In this document: positions 1 through 8,012 of the stretch, one piece after another
Layout: every line of letters begins with the position of its first letter
How positions within the stretch are numbered: position 1 is the stretch's first letter
DNA from: Candidatus Omnitrophota bacterium
GTDB taxonomy: Bacteria > Omnitrophota > Gorgyraeia > Gygaellales > Profunditerraquicolaceae
Assembly: GCA_026387315.1 (NCBI GenBank)
Contig: JAPLLY010000015.1
Coordinates: forward strand, 22,825-86,824
DNA: 64,000 nt
Direction of reading: 5' to 3'
The notes under the pieces: model-generated
What the model saw: the letters and a program-made list of their open reading frames with translations, nothing else
Told to the model about the DNA's origin: nothing
Database searches by the model: none
Position numbers and translations under genes: made by a program

Positions 1-1
1 G

Positions 2-1039
2 TTTCTTCTGCATCTGGAGAATCTGGATAGCCATATCTTACATATTTATTTATTGGTTGCCCCGGATCTTTTGGGAGTAAAAAGTTTTGTTCCTTTAATT
101 GAAACACATAATACGGTTGTGCGCAGGGCGTTACGCATGAAAAAGGAATGTAATGATGTTTGTGATATTCTGGTTGGGCGCCACGTGCATCCGATCTCCT
201 GTATTGTCGGCGGGTTTACCAAGCTCCCGCGGGAAAAAGATTTGCTCCGTATGCTCAACATTTTAATTGGCCTGCGTCCGGATATGGAAGCGACTTTAGA
301 GTTAGCCAAGGCCCTTAAATTTCCACAGTTTAGCCGTGAAACTGAATATGTGAGCCTGGTTAATGATAGCAGTGAATATCCGATGCTTTCAGGAGACTTA
401 GGCTCAACTGATGGATTGCGAATGGCTAAAAAAGACTACCGTAAACTTACCAACGAATTTGTAGTTAGCCATTCTAGCGCTAAACACACCAAGGCTACTC
501 GGCAATCTTATGCGGTTGGGGCGCTGGCGCGTTTTAATCTTAACCAGCATAAACTTCATCCCAAGGCTAAAGAAGCAGCTAAGGCTTTGGGGATGAAACC
601 AATAGTAACTAACCCATACTTAAATACTGCTGCCCAGCTGATTGAATGTGTGCATTCGCTGGAGGATGCTATTGAGATCTTGGAAAGGCTTAAAGATAAA
701 GGTGTGGATTATTCCCAGGAGATTGTGGTGGGCTTAAATGAACGGGGTACTATTCCAGTTAAGGCGGGTTGCGGCATTGGGGCAGTTGAAGTTCCCAGAG
801 GAATTCTATTCCATGAATATGAAATTGATAATCAAGGTAAGATTGTCAACGCTAATTGCGTTATTCCTACCGGGCAGAATTTGAATAATATCGAACATGA
901 TATGGCCTCATTAGTTCCTCAAATACTTGATAAGAGCCAAGAAGAGATTACTCTCCTGCTGGAGATGCTGGTACGCGCTTATGACCCGTGTATCTCCTGC
1001 TCCGCGCATTTTTTGAATGTCAAATTTGTTGGCCGGTAA
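2..1039 (+). CDS. [NiFe]-hydrogenase large subunit, group 3b (sulfhydrogenase alpha-like); 5' end outside window
   Basis: Frame open from base 2 (…SHILHIYLLVAPD); GRHVHP, EVPRG, and C-terminal L2 motif RAYDPCISCSAH plus a 9-aa cleavable tail. Confidence 0.93.
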   Translation, partial: FLLHLENLDSHILHIYLLVAPDLLGVKSFVPLIETHNTVVRRALRMKKECNDVCDILVGRHVHPISCIVGGFTKLPREKDLLRMLNILIGLRPDMEATLELAKALKFPQFSRETEYVSLVNDSSEYPMLSGDLGSTDGLRMAKKDYRKLTNEFVVSHSSAKHTKATRQSYAVGALARFNLNQHKLHPKAKEAAKALGMKPIVTNPYLNTAAQLIECVHSLEDAIEILERLKDKGVDYSQEIVVGLNERGTIPVKAGCGIGAVEVPRGILFHEYEIDNQGKIVNANCVIPTGQNLNNIEHDMASLVPQILDKSQEEITLLLEMLVRAYDPCISCSAHFLNVKFVGR

Positions 1040-1598
1040 TACTGGCTCAGTAACCAATCTTTTAACTCCCCAAGAATTTTCTCACACACTGATTATCACT
1101 GTAGGTAATTGTTTTCGCGCTGATGATGGAGTGGGGCCATATATCGCCTCTGGTCTAAAACCGAGCGTTAAGCTTTCGGTGATTGACGCCGGATCTACTC
1201 CGGGAAATATCATTGATCAGGCGATAAAGTTATTTGCGCAGCAGGAGGCCTTACTTGAGAGGCCGGTACGCGCCTCTGCGCGGCACCCGGCCTTATCTGA
1301 GAGGCCGGTACGCGCCTCTGCGCAGAGGATTATCTTTATTGATGCGGCGGATTTTGGGGGAGCGCCCGGAGAATTGCGCCTCATTGATGCCGAACATATT
1401 CCCGAGTCAACTTTAAGCACGCACAGTATGCCATTGCCGGTGATTAGCCGTATTTTGTATGAAGATACTCAGGCCGAGATTTATTTTATCGGTATTCAGC
1501 CTAAAAGCGTAGAACATAAAGATGGCCTTTCTAAAGAGGTAAGTTCTACTGCCGACGCGCTGATTAAGCATATTAATCAGGAGTTTAAGGATGCATGA
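1017..1598 (+). CDS. Hydrogenase maturation endopeptidase (HycI/HybD family) with an internal 14-aa duplication
   Basis: GNCFRADDGVG, IDAADFG, STHSMP, IGIQP motifs; overlaps the large-subunit stop. Confidence 0.9.
   Translation: MSNLLAGNTGSVTNLLTPQEFSHTLIITVGNCFRADDGVGPYIASGLKPSVKLSVIDAGSTPGNIIDQAIKLFAQQEALLERPVRASARHPALSERPVRASAQRIIFIDAADFGGAPGELRLIDAEHIPESTLSTHSMPLPVISRILYEDTQAEIYFIGIQPKSVEHKDGLSKEVSSTADALIKHINQEFKDA
1247..1323. repeat. 42-bp-period tandem duplication inside the protease CDS
   Basis: ggccttacttgagaggccggtacgcgcctctgcgc (1247) and ggccttatctgagaggccggtacgcgcctctgcgc (1289). Confidence 0.9.
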
Positions 1599-1836
1599 AA
1601 TTCATTTTCTGGAGGATTTATTTAAAGATATCCTACATCATCTTAGCCAGCATAATGCCAAAAATGTAACGCAGGTGTTTTTGGAATTAGGCGAGTTTAC
1701 TGAGATTAATGAGGAGTGCTTAAGGTTTTTCTTTAAAGAAAAATCTCAAGGCTCAGCATTAGAGAATGCTTTATTCAGTATAAAACATATTCCGCAACAG
1801 CGCGTTTTGCGCCTGGTTTCATTTGATTATGATTAA
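1591..1836 (+). CDS. hypA: HypA-like nickel metallochaperone lacking the zinc-finger subdomain
   Basis: N-terminal MHE motif, LELGEFTEINEECLRFFF…GSALENA, C-terminal LRLVSFD strand; both CxxC pairs absent. Confidence 0.8.
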   Translation: MHEIHFLEDLFKDILHHLSQHNAKNVTQVFLELGEFTEINEECLRFFFKEKSQGSALENALFSIKHIPQQRVLRLVSFDYD

Positions 1837-1862
1837 ATTGAAAATTTTCTCTAATGGAAACA

Positions 1863-1908
1863 AGGGGACGGTTCTGTTTTTTATATATAAAAAACAGAAC
1901 CGTCCCCT
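1863..1908. repeat. Family A palindrome (GGGGACGGTTCT…AGAACCGTCCCC)
   Basis: Perfect inverted repeat; at least 10 related copies in the window. Confidence 0.9.
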
Positions 1909-1928
1909 AGATTCTAATTAATATTTGT

Positions 1929-3236
1929 ATGTGTTATGCAATTCCCGGAAAAATAGAGGCGATTAATAATAAGATGGTGGTTGTAGACTACTTCGGCGAG
2001 AAGAAGAAAGCCTATAATGAACTAGATGGTTTGTCTGTCGGTGATTATATCTACGCCCAGGGTGGTTATGCTATTGCGAAAATTCCCGAAGATGAAGCCA
2101 AAAGCATTCTGGCTGTTTGGAAGGAGACTTTTTTTGAGCTTCAGGAAGTTGACCTAAAGCTTTCCCGCCTGGACCTTAATCAGAAATCTGTATCCGGCGA
2201 ATTCTTGAGAATATTGGATAAGGCAGCCGAAGGCAAGAAACTTTCGCCGGAAGAACTCCTGATTTTGATTAAGGAAAAAAATAAACCCGCCCTGGAGCTT
2301 CTTTTCAAAACGGCAAATTTCTTGCGTCAGAAACACCATAAGAATTCTTGCTGCGTGCATGGGATTATTGAAATTTCCAATTACTGCCGCTGTAATTGTG
2401 ATTATTGCGGTATCGCTAAGGGTAACCAAAATATTACGCGTTATCGCTTAACTTGCGGCCAGATACTTGAAGCTGCCCGGCAAGCAATACAGGAGCATGG
2501 TTTTAAGGCGCTGGTGTTGCAATCCGGTGAAGATAGTGGATATAGTATAGAGGAGCTTGCCGAGATTATCCGTAAGATAAAAGTTAATTGGCCGGCTCTA
2601 ATTTTTATTAGCTTCGGAGAAGTGGGGCTGGATAATTTAAAGATTCTTTATGATGCCGGCGCGCGGGGATTGCTTTTGCGATTTGAAACATCTAACCCCA
2701 AGCTTTATCAACAGGTCACCGCGGGTAAAGATCTGGCTAGCCGCATTGCGCATTTAAAAAAAGCTTATGAGTTGGGCTATATGATTATTACCGGAGGTTT
2801 GATTGGCTTGCCGCAACAAAGCCCAGAAGATCTTTTAAATGACATACTTTTAACTAAAGAGTTGCATGCCGAGATGTTTAGTTTTGGCCCATTTATTAGG
2901 CATCCGCAAACCCCGCTGGCTAAATATCCATCGCCCGAAGTAGAAACTGTGCTTAAGGTTATTGCTATTTCGCGCATCATTGATGCGGCGAATGCTAAAA
3001 TTCTAGTTACTACTGCCTTGGAGACACTTAATCCTGATGCTAGGAGAGAGGCGCTGCTTAGCGGAGCGAATTCCGTGATGCTTAATGTAACTCCGCTTGA
3101 ATACCGGTCCTTTTATAACATTTATCCTGCGCGCGCTCATGAAAAAGAGAGCATCGCAGTTCAGATTAAAGATACTATCGGGCTTCTAATGTCTCTAGGA
3201 CGCTCACCTACTGATTTAAGTGTGTTATCCCCGTGA
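1929..3236 (+). CDS. HypC-HydE fusion: N-terminal HypC chaperone domain plus HydE-like radical SAM domain
   Basis: aa 1-65 MCYAIPGKI…VGDYIYAQGGYAIAKIPEDEA (HypC); then CRCNCDYC, LQSGED, LRFETSN, GPFIRHPQTPL, TTALETL, GANSVMLNVTP, YRSFYNIYP (HydE). Confidence 0.88.
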   Translation: MCYAIPGKIEAINNKMVVVDYFGEKKKAYNELDGLSVGDYIYAQGGYAIAKIPEDEAKSILAVWKETFFELQEVDLKLSRLDLNQKSVSGEFLRILDKAAEGKKLSPEELLILIKEKNKPALELLFKTANFLRQKHHKNSCCVHGIIEISNYCRCNCDYCGIAKGNQNITRYRLTCGQILEAARQAIQEHGFKALVLQSGEDSGYSIEELAEIIRKIKVNWPALIFISFGEVGLDNLKILYDAGARGLLLRFETSNPKLYQQVTAGKDLASRIAHLKKAYELGYMIITGGLIGLPQQSPEDLLNDILLTKELHAEMFSFGPFIRHPQTPLAKYPSPEVETVLKVIAISRIIDAANAKILVTTALETLNPDARREALLSGANSVMLNVTPLEYRSFYNIYPARAHEKESIAVQIKDTIGLLMSLGRSPTDLSVLSP

Positions 3237-3277
3237 AAACGGGGATCCAGATTTCCGCTTTCGCGGGAATGACACAC
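3220..3277. repeat. REP-like palindrome (GTCATTCCCGCG-type) overlapping the hypC-hydE stop
   Basis: gtgtgttatccccgtgaaaacggggatc…cgggaatgacacac; related to 49208-49334. Confidence 0.75.
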
Positions 3278-3316
3278 GATTAATTTTGACAGTTATGAGT
3301 AGAAATAAAAAATAAT

Positions 3317-3949
3317 ATGAAAACGAACAAACTTTGTATTATGCGGCTTTCTAAGTATAAGAGCGCGCTTTATCGCCTTAAATCACTGGGTTTTGTGCGG
3401 ATTTTTTCGGATAATTTAGCGGATGCCGTAGAGGTAACTTCGTCTCAGGTGCGTAAGGATTTTTCTATTTTTGATATATCGGGAAATAAACGCGGCGGCT
3501 ATAAGATTGATGAACTGATTGAAAAGATTAATACTATTCTTGGTAAAGATGAATTGCAAAAAGTGGTGATTGTTGGTTTAGGAAAGCTGGGATCCGCTCT
3601 TACGCATTATACTGGTTTTGAGAAAGAGGGGATAAAGGTTGTCGCTGCTTTTGATATAGACGCGTTAAAATTTAAACCCAAAGAGAAAACCCCGGTTTTC
3701 CCCTTAGCCGGCCTGCCGGAGTTTGTGCGTAAGAATAATATTAAAATTGGAATTATTACGGTCCCGGCTGCGGCCGCCCAGCCAGTAGTTGATATTATGC
3801 TTTCGGCAGGAATTAAAGGGGTATTAAATTTTGCCCCAATACAACTGCGGGGAAATGATGATTGCCTGATAAACAATGTGAATCTTGAGGTAGAGCTGGA
3901 AAACCTTATTTATTTCGTTAATGCCTTAATTAAGGCAAAAGGAAAATAA
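3317..3949 (+). CDS. rex: Redox-sensing transcriptional repressor Rex
   Basis: RLSKY, QVRKDFS…G.RGGY winged helix, VGLGKLG Rossmann fold, LNFAP. Confidence 0.95.
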   Translation: MKTNKLCIMRLSKYKSALYRLKSLGFVRIFSDNLADAVEVTSSQVRKDFSIFDISGNKRGGYKIDELIEKINTILGKDELQKVVIVGLGKLGSALTHYTGFEKEGIKVVAAFDIDALKFKPKEKTPVFPLAGLPEFVRKNNIKIGIITVPAAAAQPVVDIMLSAGIKGVLNFAPIQLRGNDDCLINNVNLEVELENLIYFVNALIKAKGK

Positions 3950-3956
3950 GCAGTAA

Positions 3957-5345
3957 ATGAAGCAGATTAATGAAGAGAGAATAAATAACTTATTATTGTC
4001 CACTGCCGATAGCGATAGCCGTAAAATTGACAGGATTATTAATAAAAGCAAATCCTTAAAAAGGCTTACGCTGGAAGAATCAGCCATCCTGCTGGCAGTT
4101 CAGGATGCCGGCTCTCTTGAAAAAATATTTGCCGCGGCTAGTTTTGTTAAAGATGCAATTTACGGCAGGCGAGTGGTATTATTTGCCCCGCTTTATATCA
4201 GCAATTTCTGCGTAAATAACTGCCTTTATTGCGCGTTTAAATCCGATAACTTGGCAATTAAGCGTAAAGCCTTAAGCGCAGCTGAAATTAAATCGCAAAC
4301 TGAATGGCTCTTAGGCCGTGGACATAAAAGAATACTGATGGTTTGCGGGGAGGAAGCGCCTGGTGGGGAATCTAATGTAGATTATTATGTCCAAGCAGTG
4401 AAAGCTATTTATGCTGCGGAAGTGGGTAAGAATAAGATTAAAAGGGTTAATGTTAATTGCGCGCCGCTGAGTATTGATGATTTTAAAAAGCTTAAATCAA
4501 GCGGTATAGGGACTTACCAGATTTTTCAGGAAACATATCATCAGAAAACTTATCTGCGTATGCATCCTAAAGGGCCAAAAAGTGATCCTGATAATAGGAT
4601 TGATGCGGTTGATCGGGCATTTAAAGCCGGGATAGATGATATAGGGATTGGCGCGCTTTATGGTTTATTTGACTGGCGTTTTGAGACATTAGGATTGCTT
4701 TCCCATATTGAGCATATGGAGGAGAAATTTAAAGTCGGGCCGCATACTATTTCTGTGCCGCGTATTGAGCCGGCAGAGGGCGCGGAGCTGTCCCTGAGGC
4801 CTCCCCATAAAATTTCTGATGATGAATTTAAAAAGGTGGTGGCGATTTTAAGGCTTTCTGTGCCCTATACCGGGATCATTATGACTACCCGTGAGAATGC
4901 TTTGATGCGCGATGCCTTGATTAGCCTGGGGGTTTCCCAGATTAGCGCTGAATCTAATACCTCTCCCGGAGGGTATTCTGCCAGCCGTGCCGAGCAGGCA
5001 GGCGGTCAGTTTTCGCTTGGTGACCAGCGCAGCCTGGATGAGATCGTGGGGACTTTGATTGCCCATGATTATATCCCCAGTTTTTGCGCTGCCTGTTATC
5101 GCATGGAAAGAACCGGCGAAGCCTTTATGCAATTAGCTAAACCCGGAATGATCAAAGGTAAATGTAGTATGAATGCTTTAATTACTCTGCAAGAATATCT
5201 CGATGATTTTGCATCAGTTAAAGTTAAGCAGGCCGGGTACAAAATGATTGAGCGTTATTTTAACAAACTGGATAATGTTGATCAGGATATGCTAAAGTTC
5301 TTCTTTAGCCATGTAGATTCCGGAATAAGGGATGAGTATGTTTAA
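3957..5345 (+). CDS. hydG: [FeFe]-type radical SAM maturase HydG
   Basis: FAPLYISNFCVNNCLYC, FQETYH, GPHTISVPR (dangler-Fe His), C-terminal CX2CX22C (CAAC…C) auxiliary cluster motif absent from ThiH. Confidence 0.92.
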   Translation: MKQINEERINNLLLSTADSDSRKIDRIINKSKSLKRLTLEESAILLAVQDAGSLEKIFAAASFVKDAIYGRRVVLFAPLYISNFCVNNCLYCAFKSDNLAIKRKALSAAEIKSQTEWLLGRGHKRILMVCGEEAPGGESNVDYYVQAVKAIYAAEVGKNKIKRVNVNCAPLSIDDFKKLKSSGIGTYQIFQETYHQKTYLRMHPKGPKSDPDNRIDAVDRAFKAGIDDIGIGALYGLFDWRFETLGLLSHIEHMEEKFKVGPHTISVPRIEPAEGAELSLRPPHKISDDEFKKVVAILRLSVPYTGIIMTTRENALMRDALISLGVSQISAESNTSPGGYSASRAEQAGGQFSLGDQRSLDEIVGTLIAHDYIPSFCAACYRMERTGEAFMQLAKPGMIKGKCSMNALITLQEYLDDFASVKVKQAGYKMIERYFNKLDNVDQDMLKFFFSHVDSGIRDEYV

Positions 5346-5353
5346 GATAAAAC

Positions 5354-5382
5354 TTGACAGATATGCTAATTGATAATAATAT
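5354..5382 (+). promoter_or_regulatory. Putative sigma70 promoter for nfnAB-gdhA
   Basis: TTGACA-17-TAATAT. Confidence 0.5.
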
Positions 5383-5405
5383 ACCCCAGATTTGGTTCAA
5401 CGCTG

Positions 5406-5446
5406 GGACAAAGACGTCCGAACAGTTGTTCGGGCGTCTTTTTTTT
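5406..5446 (+). terminator. Leader intrinsic terminator overlapped by an ANTAR-like hexaloop hairpin
   Basis: GGAC-AAAGAC-GTCC hairpin overlaps the 5' arm of aaagacgtccgaac/gttcgggcgtcttt plus a T-tract. Confidence 0.7.
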
Positions 5447-5482
5447 ATTTTTGCATAAAATTTAGGCAAAATTAGATATGAA

Positions 5483-5556
5483 CCCCGCACCTTCTTTGTA
5501 TTTAGATATTAGAAGGCGTAGGGTTAAAAATTAACTAATAAGAAGAAGGTGCGGGG
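5483..5556. mobile_element. Family B MITE-like element (13-bp TIR CCCCGCACCTTCT, TGAA duplication)
   Basis: TIRs at 5483 and 5544-5556, TGAA on both sides; second copy at 33020-33092. Confidence 0.8.
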
Positions 5557-6380
5557 TGAAAATACTCAACAAACAGATTATTAATGATGTGGCAGGGGTA
5601 AAGATTACGCAATTGGATATTCTTTCTCCGGATATCGCCGCGAAGGCCCAAGCCGGACAGTTTGTGATGTTAATGGCTAGCGAAAAGGGGGAGCGCATCC
5701 CCTTGACCTTAGTGAATACGGATAAAATAAAAGGTACTCTGAGCTTGATTTTTCAGGAGGCAGGTTTTACCACTCGGAGTTTAGGTGGATTAAATCCCGG
5801 AGATTCACTTTATTCTTTAGTCGGGCCTTTAGGGCATCCTACCCAGATTAAGAAATATGGAAAAATAATTTTGGTTGGCGGAGGAGTGGGGATTGCCGAG
5901 ATTCTGCCGGTTGCCCGCGCCTTAAAGCAGGCAGGTAATCAGATTACTACTATTCTGGGTTCTCGGAATAAAGACCTGCTCATTTTGGAAGCTGAACTTA
6001 AAAGCGCATCTGATCAAATTTATATTATGACTGATGATGGTTCTTACGGAAGGAAAGGCTTTACCACTGACATGTTAAAGGAACTTTTGAGTAAAGGTAA
6101 ATATGATTTGATTTATTCTGTGGGCCCTATTCCGATGATGAAGAGAGCGGCTTTAGCTAGCAGTGAATATAAGATTAAAACTTTAGTTTCGCTTAATGCG
6201 CTGATGGTGGATGCCACCGGAATGTGCGGTTGCTGCCGGGTGACTGTTTTTGGCCAGGTAAAATTTAGTTGTGTTGATGGGCCGGATTTTGATGGCCATG
6301 GCGTTGATTGGGAAGAACTCCAAAAGAGAAATAAGGTGTATAGCATTCAGGAGAAACACATTTGTAATCTGAAGATATAG
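5556..6380 (+). CDS. NfnA/SudB-like FAD/NAD-binding 2Fe-2S subunit
   Basis: GQFVML…GERIPLT, GPLG, GGGVG, TDDGSYG, MVDATGMCGCCRV…CVDGP. Confidence 0.9.
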   Translation: MKILNKQIINDVAGVKITQLDILSPDIAAKAQAGQFVMLMASEKGERIPLTLVNTDKIKGTLSLIFQEAGFTTRSLGGLNPGDSLYSLVGPLGHPTQIKKYGKIILVGGGVGIAEILPVARALKQAGNQITTILGSRNKDLLILEAELKSASDQIYIMTDDGSYGRKGFTTDMLKELLSKGKYDLIYSVGPIPMMKRAALASSEYKIKTLVSLNALMVDATGMCGCCRVTVFGQVKFSCVDGPDFDGHGVDWEELQKRNKVYSIQEKHICNLKI

Positions 6381-6383
6381 AAT

Positions 6384-6517
6384 CGTCATTCAGACTGTGT
6401 CGCAATGTCATTGCGAGGAGCCGTAGGCGGCGAAGCAATCTCAAAACCGAGATTGCTTCGCCCCTGCGGGGCTCGCAATGACGCACGTTTTGTTATTGCG
6501 ACACAGTCTGAATGACG
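6384..6517. repeat. Nested palindromic element (perfect 23-bp outer IR around a REP-like doublet)
   Basis: cgtcattcagactgtgtcgcaat / attgcgacacagtctgaatgacg enclosing gtcattgcgag…gaagcaatct/agattgcttc…ctcgcaatgac. Confidence 0.85.
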
Positions 6518-6530
6518 GAAATTTTAAATT

Positions 6531-7952
6531 ATGAAAAAAGAACCGGTAAAAGTTAGAGAAGTACCTGCGGTAACCAGAACGGGGAATTTTCAGGAGGTAG
6601 TCCTGGGGTACTCTGAAGAAGAGGCTTATGTAGAAGCCTCCCGCTGTCTGCAGTGTAAGAACCCGGTTTGTATCAGCGGTTGTCCGGTAGGCATTGATAT
6701 CAAGAAGTTTATTTATCAGATCACGCGAAAGGATTATAATCTGGCGTATTTTACGATTAGAGAAAAAAATAATTTTCCTTCGATCTGCGGAAGAGTCTGC
6801 CCGGCGGAATACCAATGCCGTAAAACCTGTATACTGACTAAGAAAGACGCGCCTTTTGCTTCCGAAAAAGCGATCAATATTCATTTTTTAGAACGTTTTG
6901 CCGGGGATTATGGCAAGAATAACAATTTGGATGTTAAGGAAGAAAAAGGCCAAAAGTTTTCTAAATTTAAAGTGGCGGTAGTGGGTTCTGGCCCGGCTGG
7001 TTTATGCTGCGCCGGAGAATTAGCGCGCCAGGGAATCCAAGTTGATATTTTTGAAAGCCTGCATAAAACCGGCGGGGTTTTAAGATATGGCATCCCTCCT
7101 TTTAGGCTGCCTTGGGATGTTTTGGATTTTGAGATAAATTATCTAAAAAAATTAGGGGTTAATTTTATTACTAATTTTCTTGCAGGCAAAGCTAAAACCA
7201 TTAAAGAATTATTCACCCAAGGGTATTCTAATGTATTTTTGGGGCTGGGCGCGGGGGTGCCATCTTTCTTGGGAATTAATGGCGAAAATCTTTGTAATAT
7301 TTATTCAGTAAATGAATTCTTGACTAGGGTCAATTTAATGTCTGCTTATAAATTCCCCGAGTTTCATACTCCGGTTAATATTGGAAGAAACGTTTTGATT
7401 GTTGGTGGAGGCAATACGGCTATGGATTCTGCCAGAGTTGCTTTGAGACTGCAGAAGTTAAATGGTTTGCCGCTTAACACTACAATTATTTATCGGCGCA
7501 CGGAAATTGAAATGCCGGCAAGACGCTTGGAACTGGAGCATGCCCGGGAAGAAGGAGTAAAGTTTGAATTTTTGGTGCAGCCAAAAGAGTTTATTGGAGA
7601 TGGCCGGGGGTTTGTTAGGAAGTTAATTTGTCTTAAGTCTAAATTAAAAGAACCGGACAGCTCAGGCAGGAGGAGGCCGGTGATTATAGAAGGAAGTGAA
7701 TTTCAACTTGATTGTGATTTATGCGTGATTGCCGTGGGGTTAAAAGCAAATCAAATTTTAATTAACGCCACCCCGGAATTAAAAACAGATAAGTATTCAG
7801 ATGTCATTGTTGACGCTGAAACTATGGAGAGTTCGATTAAAGGGGTTTTTGCCGGTGGGGATATTGTGGGTGGAGAAGGCACGGTTATTGAAGCGATGGG
7901 GATGGCCAAAAAGGCAGCCCAGTCAATAATCGGCGAGCTTTCTAAAAAATAA
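6531..7952 (+). CDS. NfnB/SudA-like (GltD-family) NADPH-dependent oxidoreductase
   Basis: EASRCLQC…CISGCP, CGRVCP, GSGPAG, GGGNTAMD, FAGGD; paired with the NfnA-like gene. Confidence 0.9.
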   Translation: MKKEPVKVREVPAVTRTGNFQEVVLGYSEEEAYVEASRCLQCKNPVCISGCPVGIDIKKFIYQITRKDYNLAYFTIREKNNFPSICGRVCPAEYQCRKTCILTKKDAPFASEKAINIHFLERFAGDYGKNNNLDVKEEKGQKFSKFKVAVVGSGPAGLCCAGELARQGIQVDIFESLHKTGGVLRYGIPPFRLPWDVLDFEINYLKKLGVNFITNFLAGKAKTIKELFTQGYSNVFLGLGAGVPSFLGINGENLCNIYSVNEFLTRVNLMSAYKFPEFHTPVNIGRNVLIVGGGNTAMDSARVALRLQKLNGLPLNTTIIYRRTEIEMPARRLELEHAREEGVKFEFLVQPKEFIGDGRGFVRKLICLKSKLKEPDSSGRRRPVIIEGSEFQLDCDLCVIAVGLKANQILINATPELKTDKYSDVIVDAETMESSIKGVFAGGDIVGGEGTVIEAMGMAKKAAQSIIGELSKK

Positions 7953-7997
7953 CACCCCGCGCTTATAAGGTCTTGCGCGGGTGTGCCCTTATGGGCA
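7953..7997. repeat. Family D palindrome (CACCCCGCGC…GCGCGGGTG plus small hairpin)
   Basis: Related copies at 28949, 37568, 43840. Confidence 0.75.
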
Positions 7998-8012
7998 AGG
8001 AGGAGAAGAAAA

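Noticed and set aside
980-1010. Selenocysteine ([NiFeSe]) large subunit
   Set aside because: The L2 motif uses TGT and TGC cysteine codons with no in-frame TGA
1929-5345. Radical SAM genes as bioB, pylB or thiH
   Set aside because: HydG-specific CX2CX22C and HTIS motifs and HydE-type motifs are present, and no bio, thi or pyl genes are nearby
6265-6884. Minus-strand ORFs across the nfnA-nfnB junction
   Set aside because: They are translations of the palindromic repeat and antisense of well-supported genes
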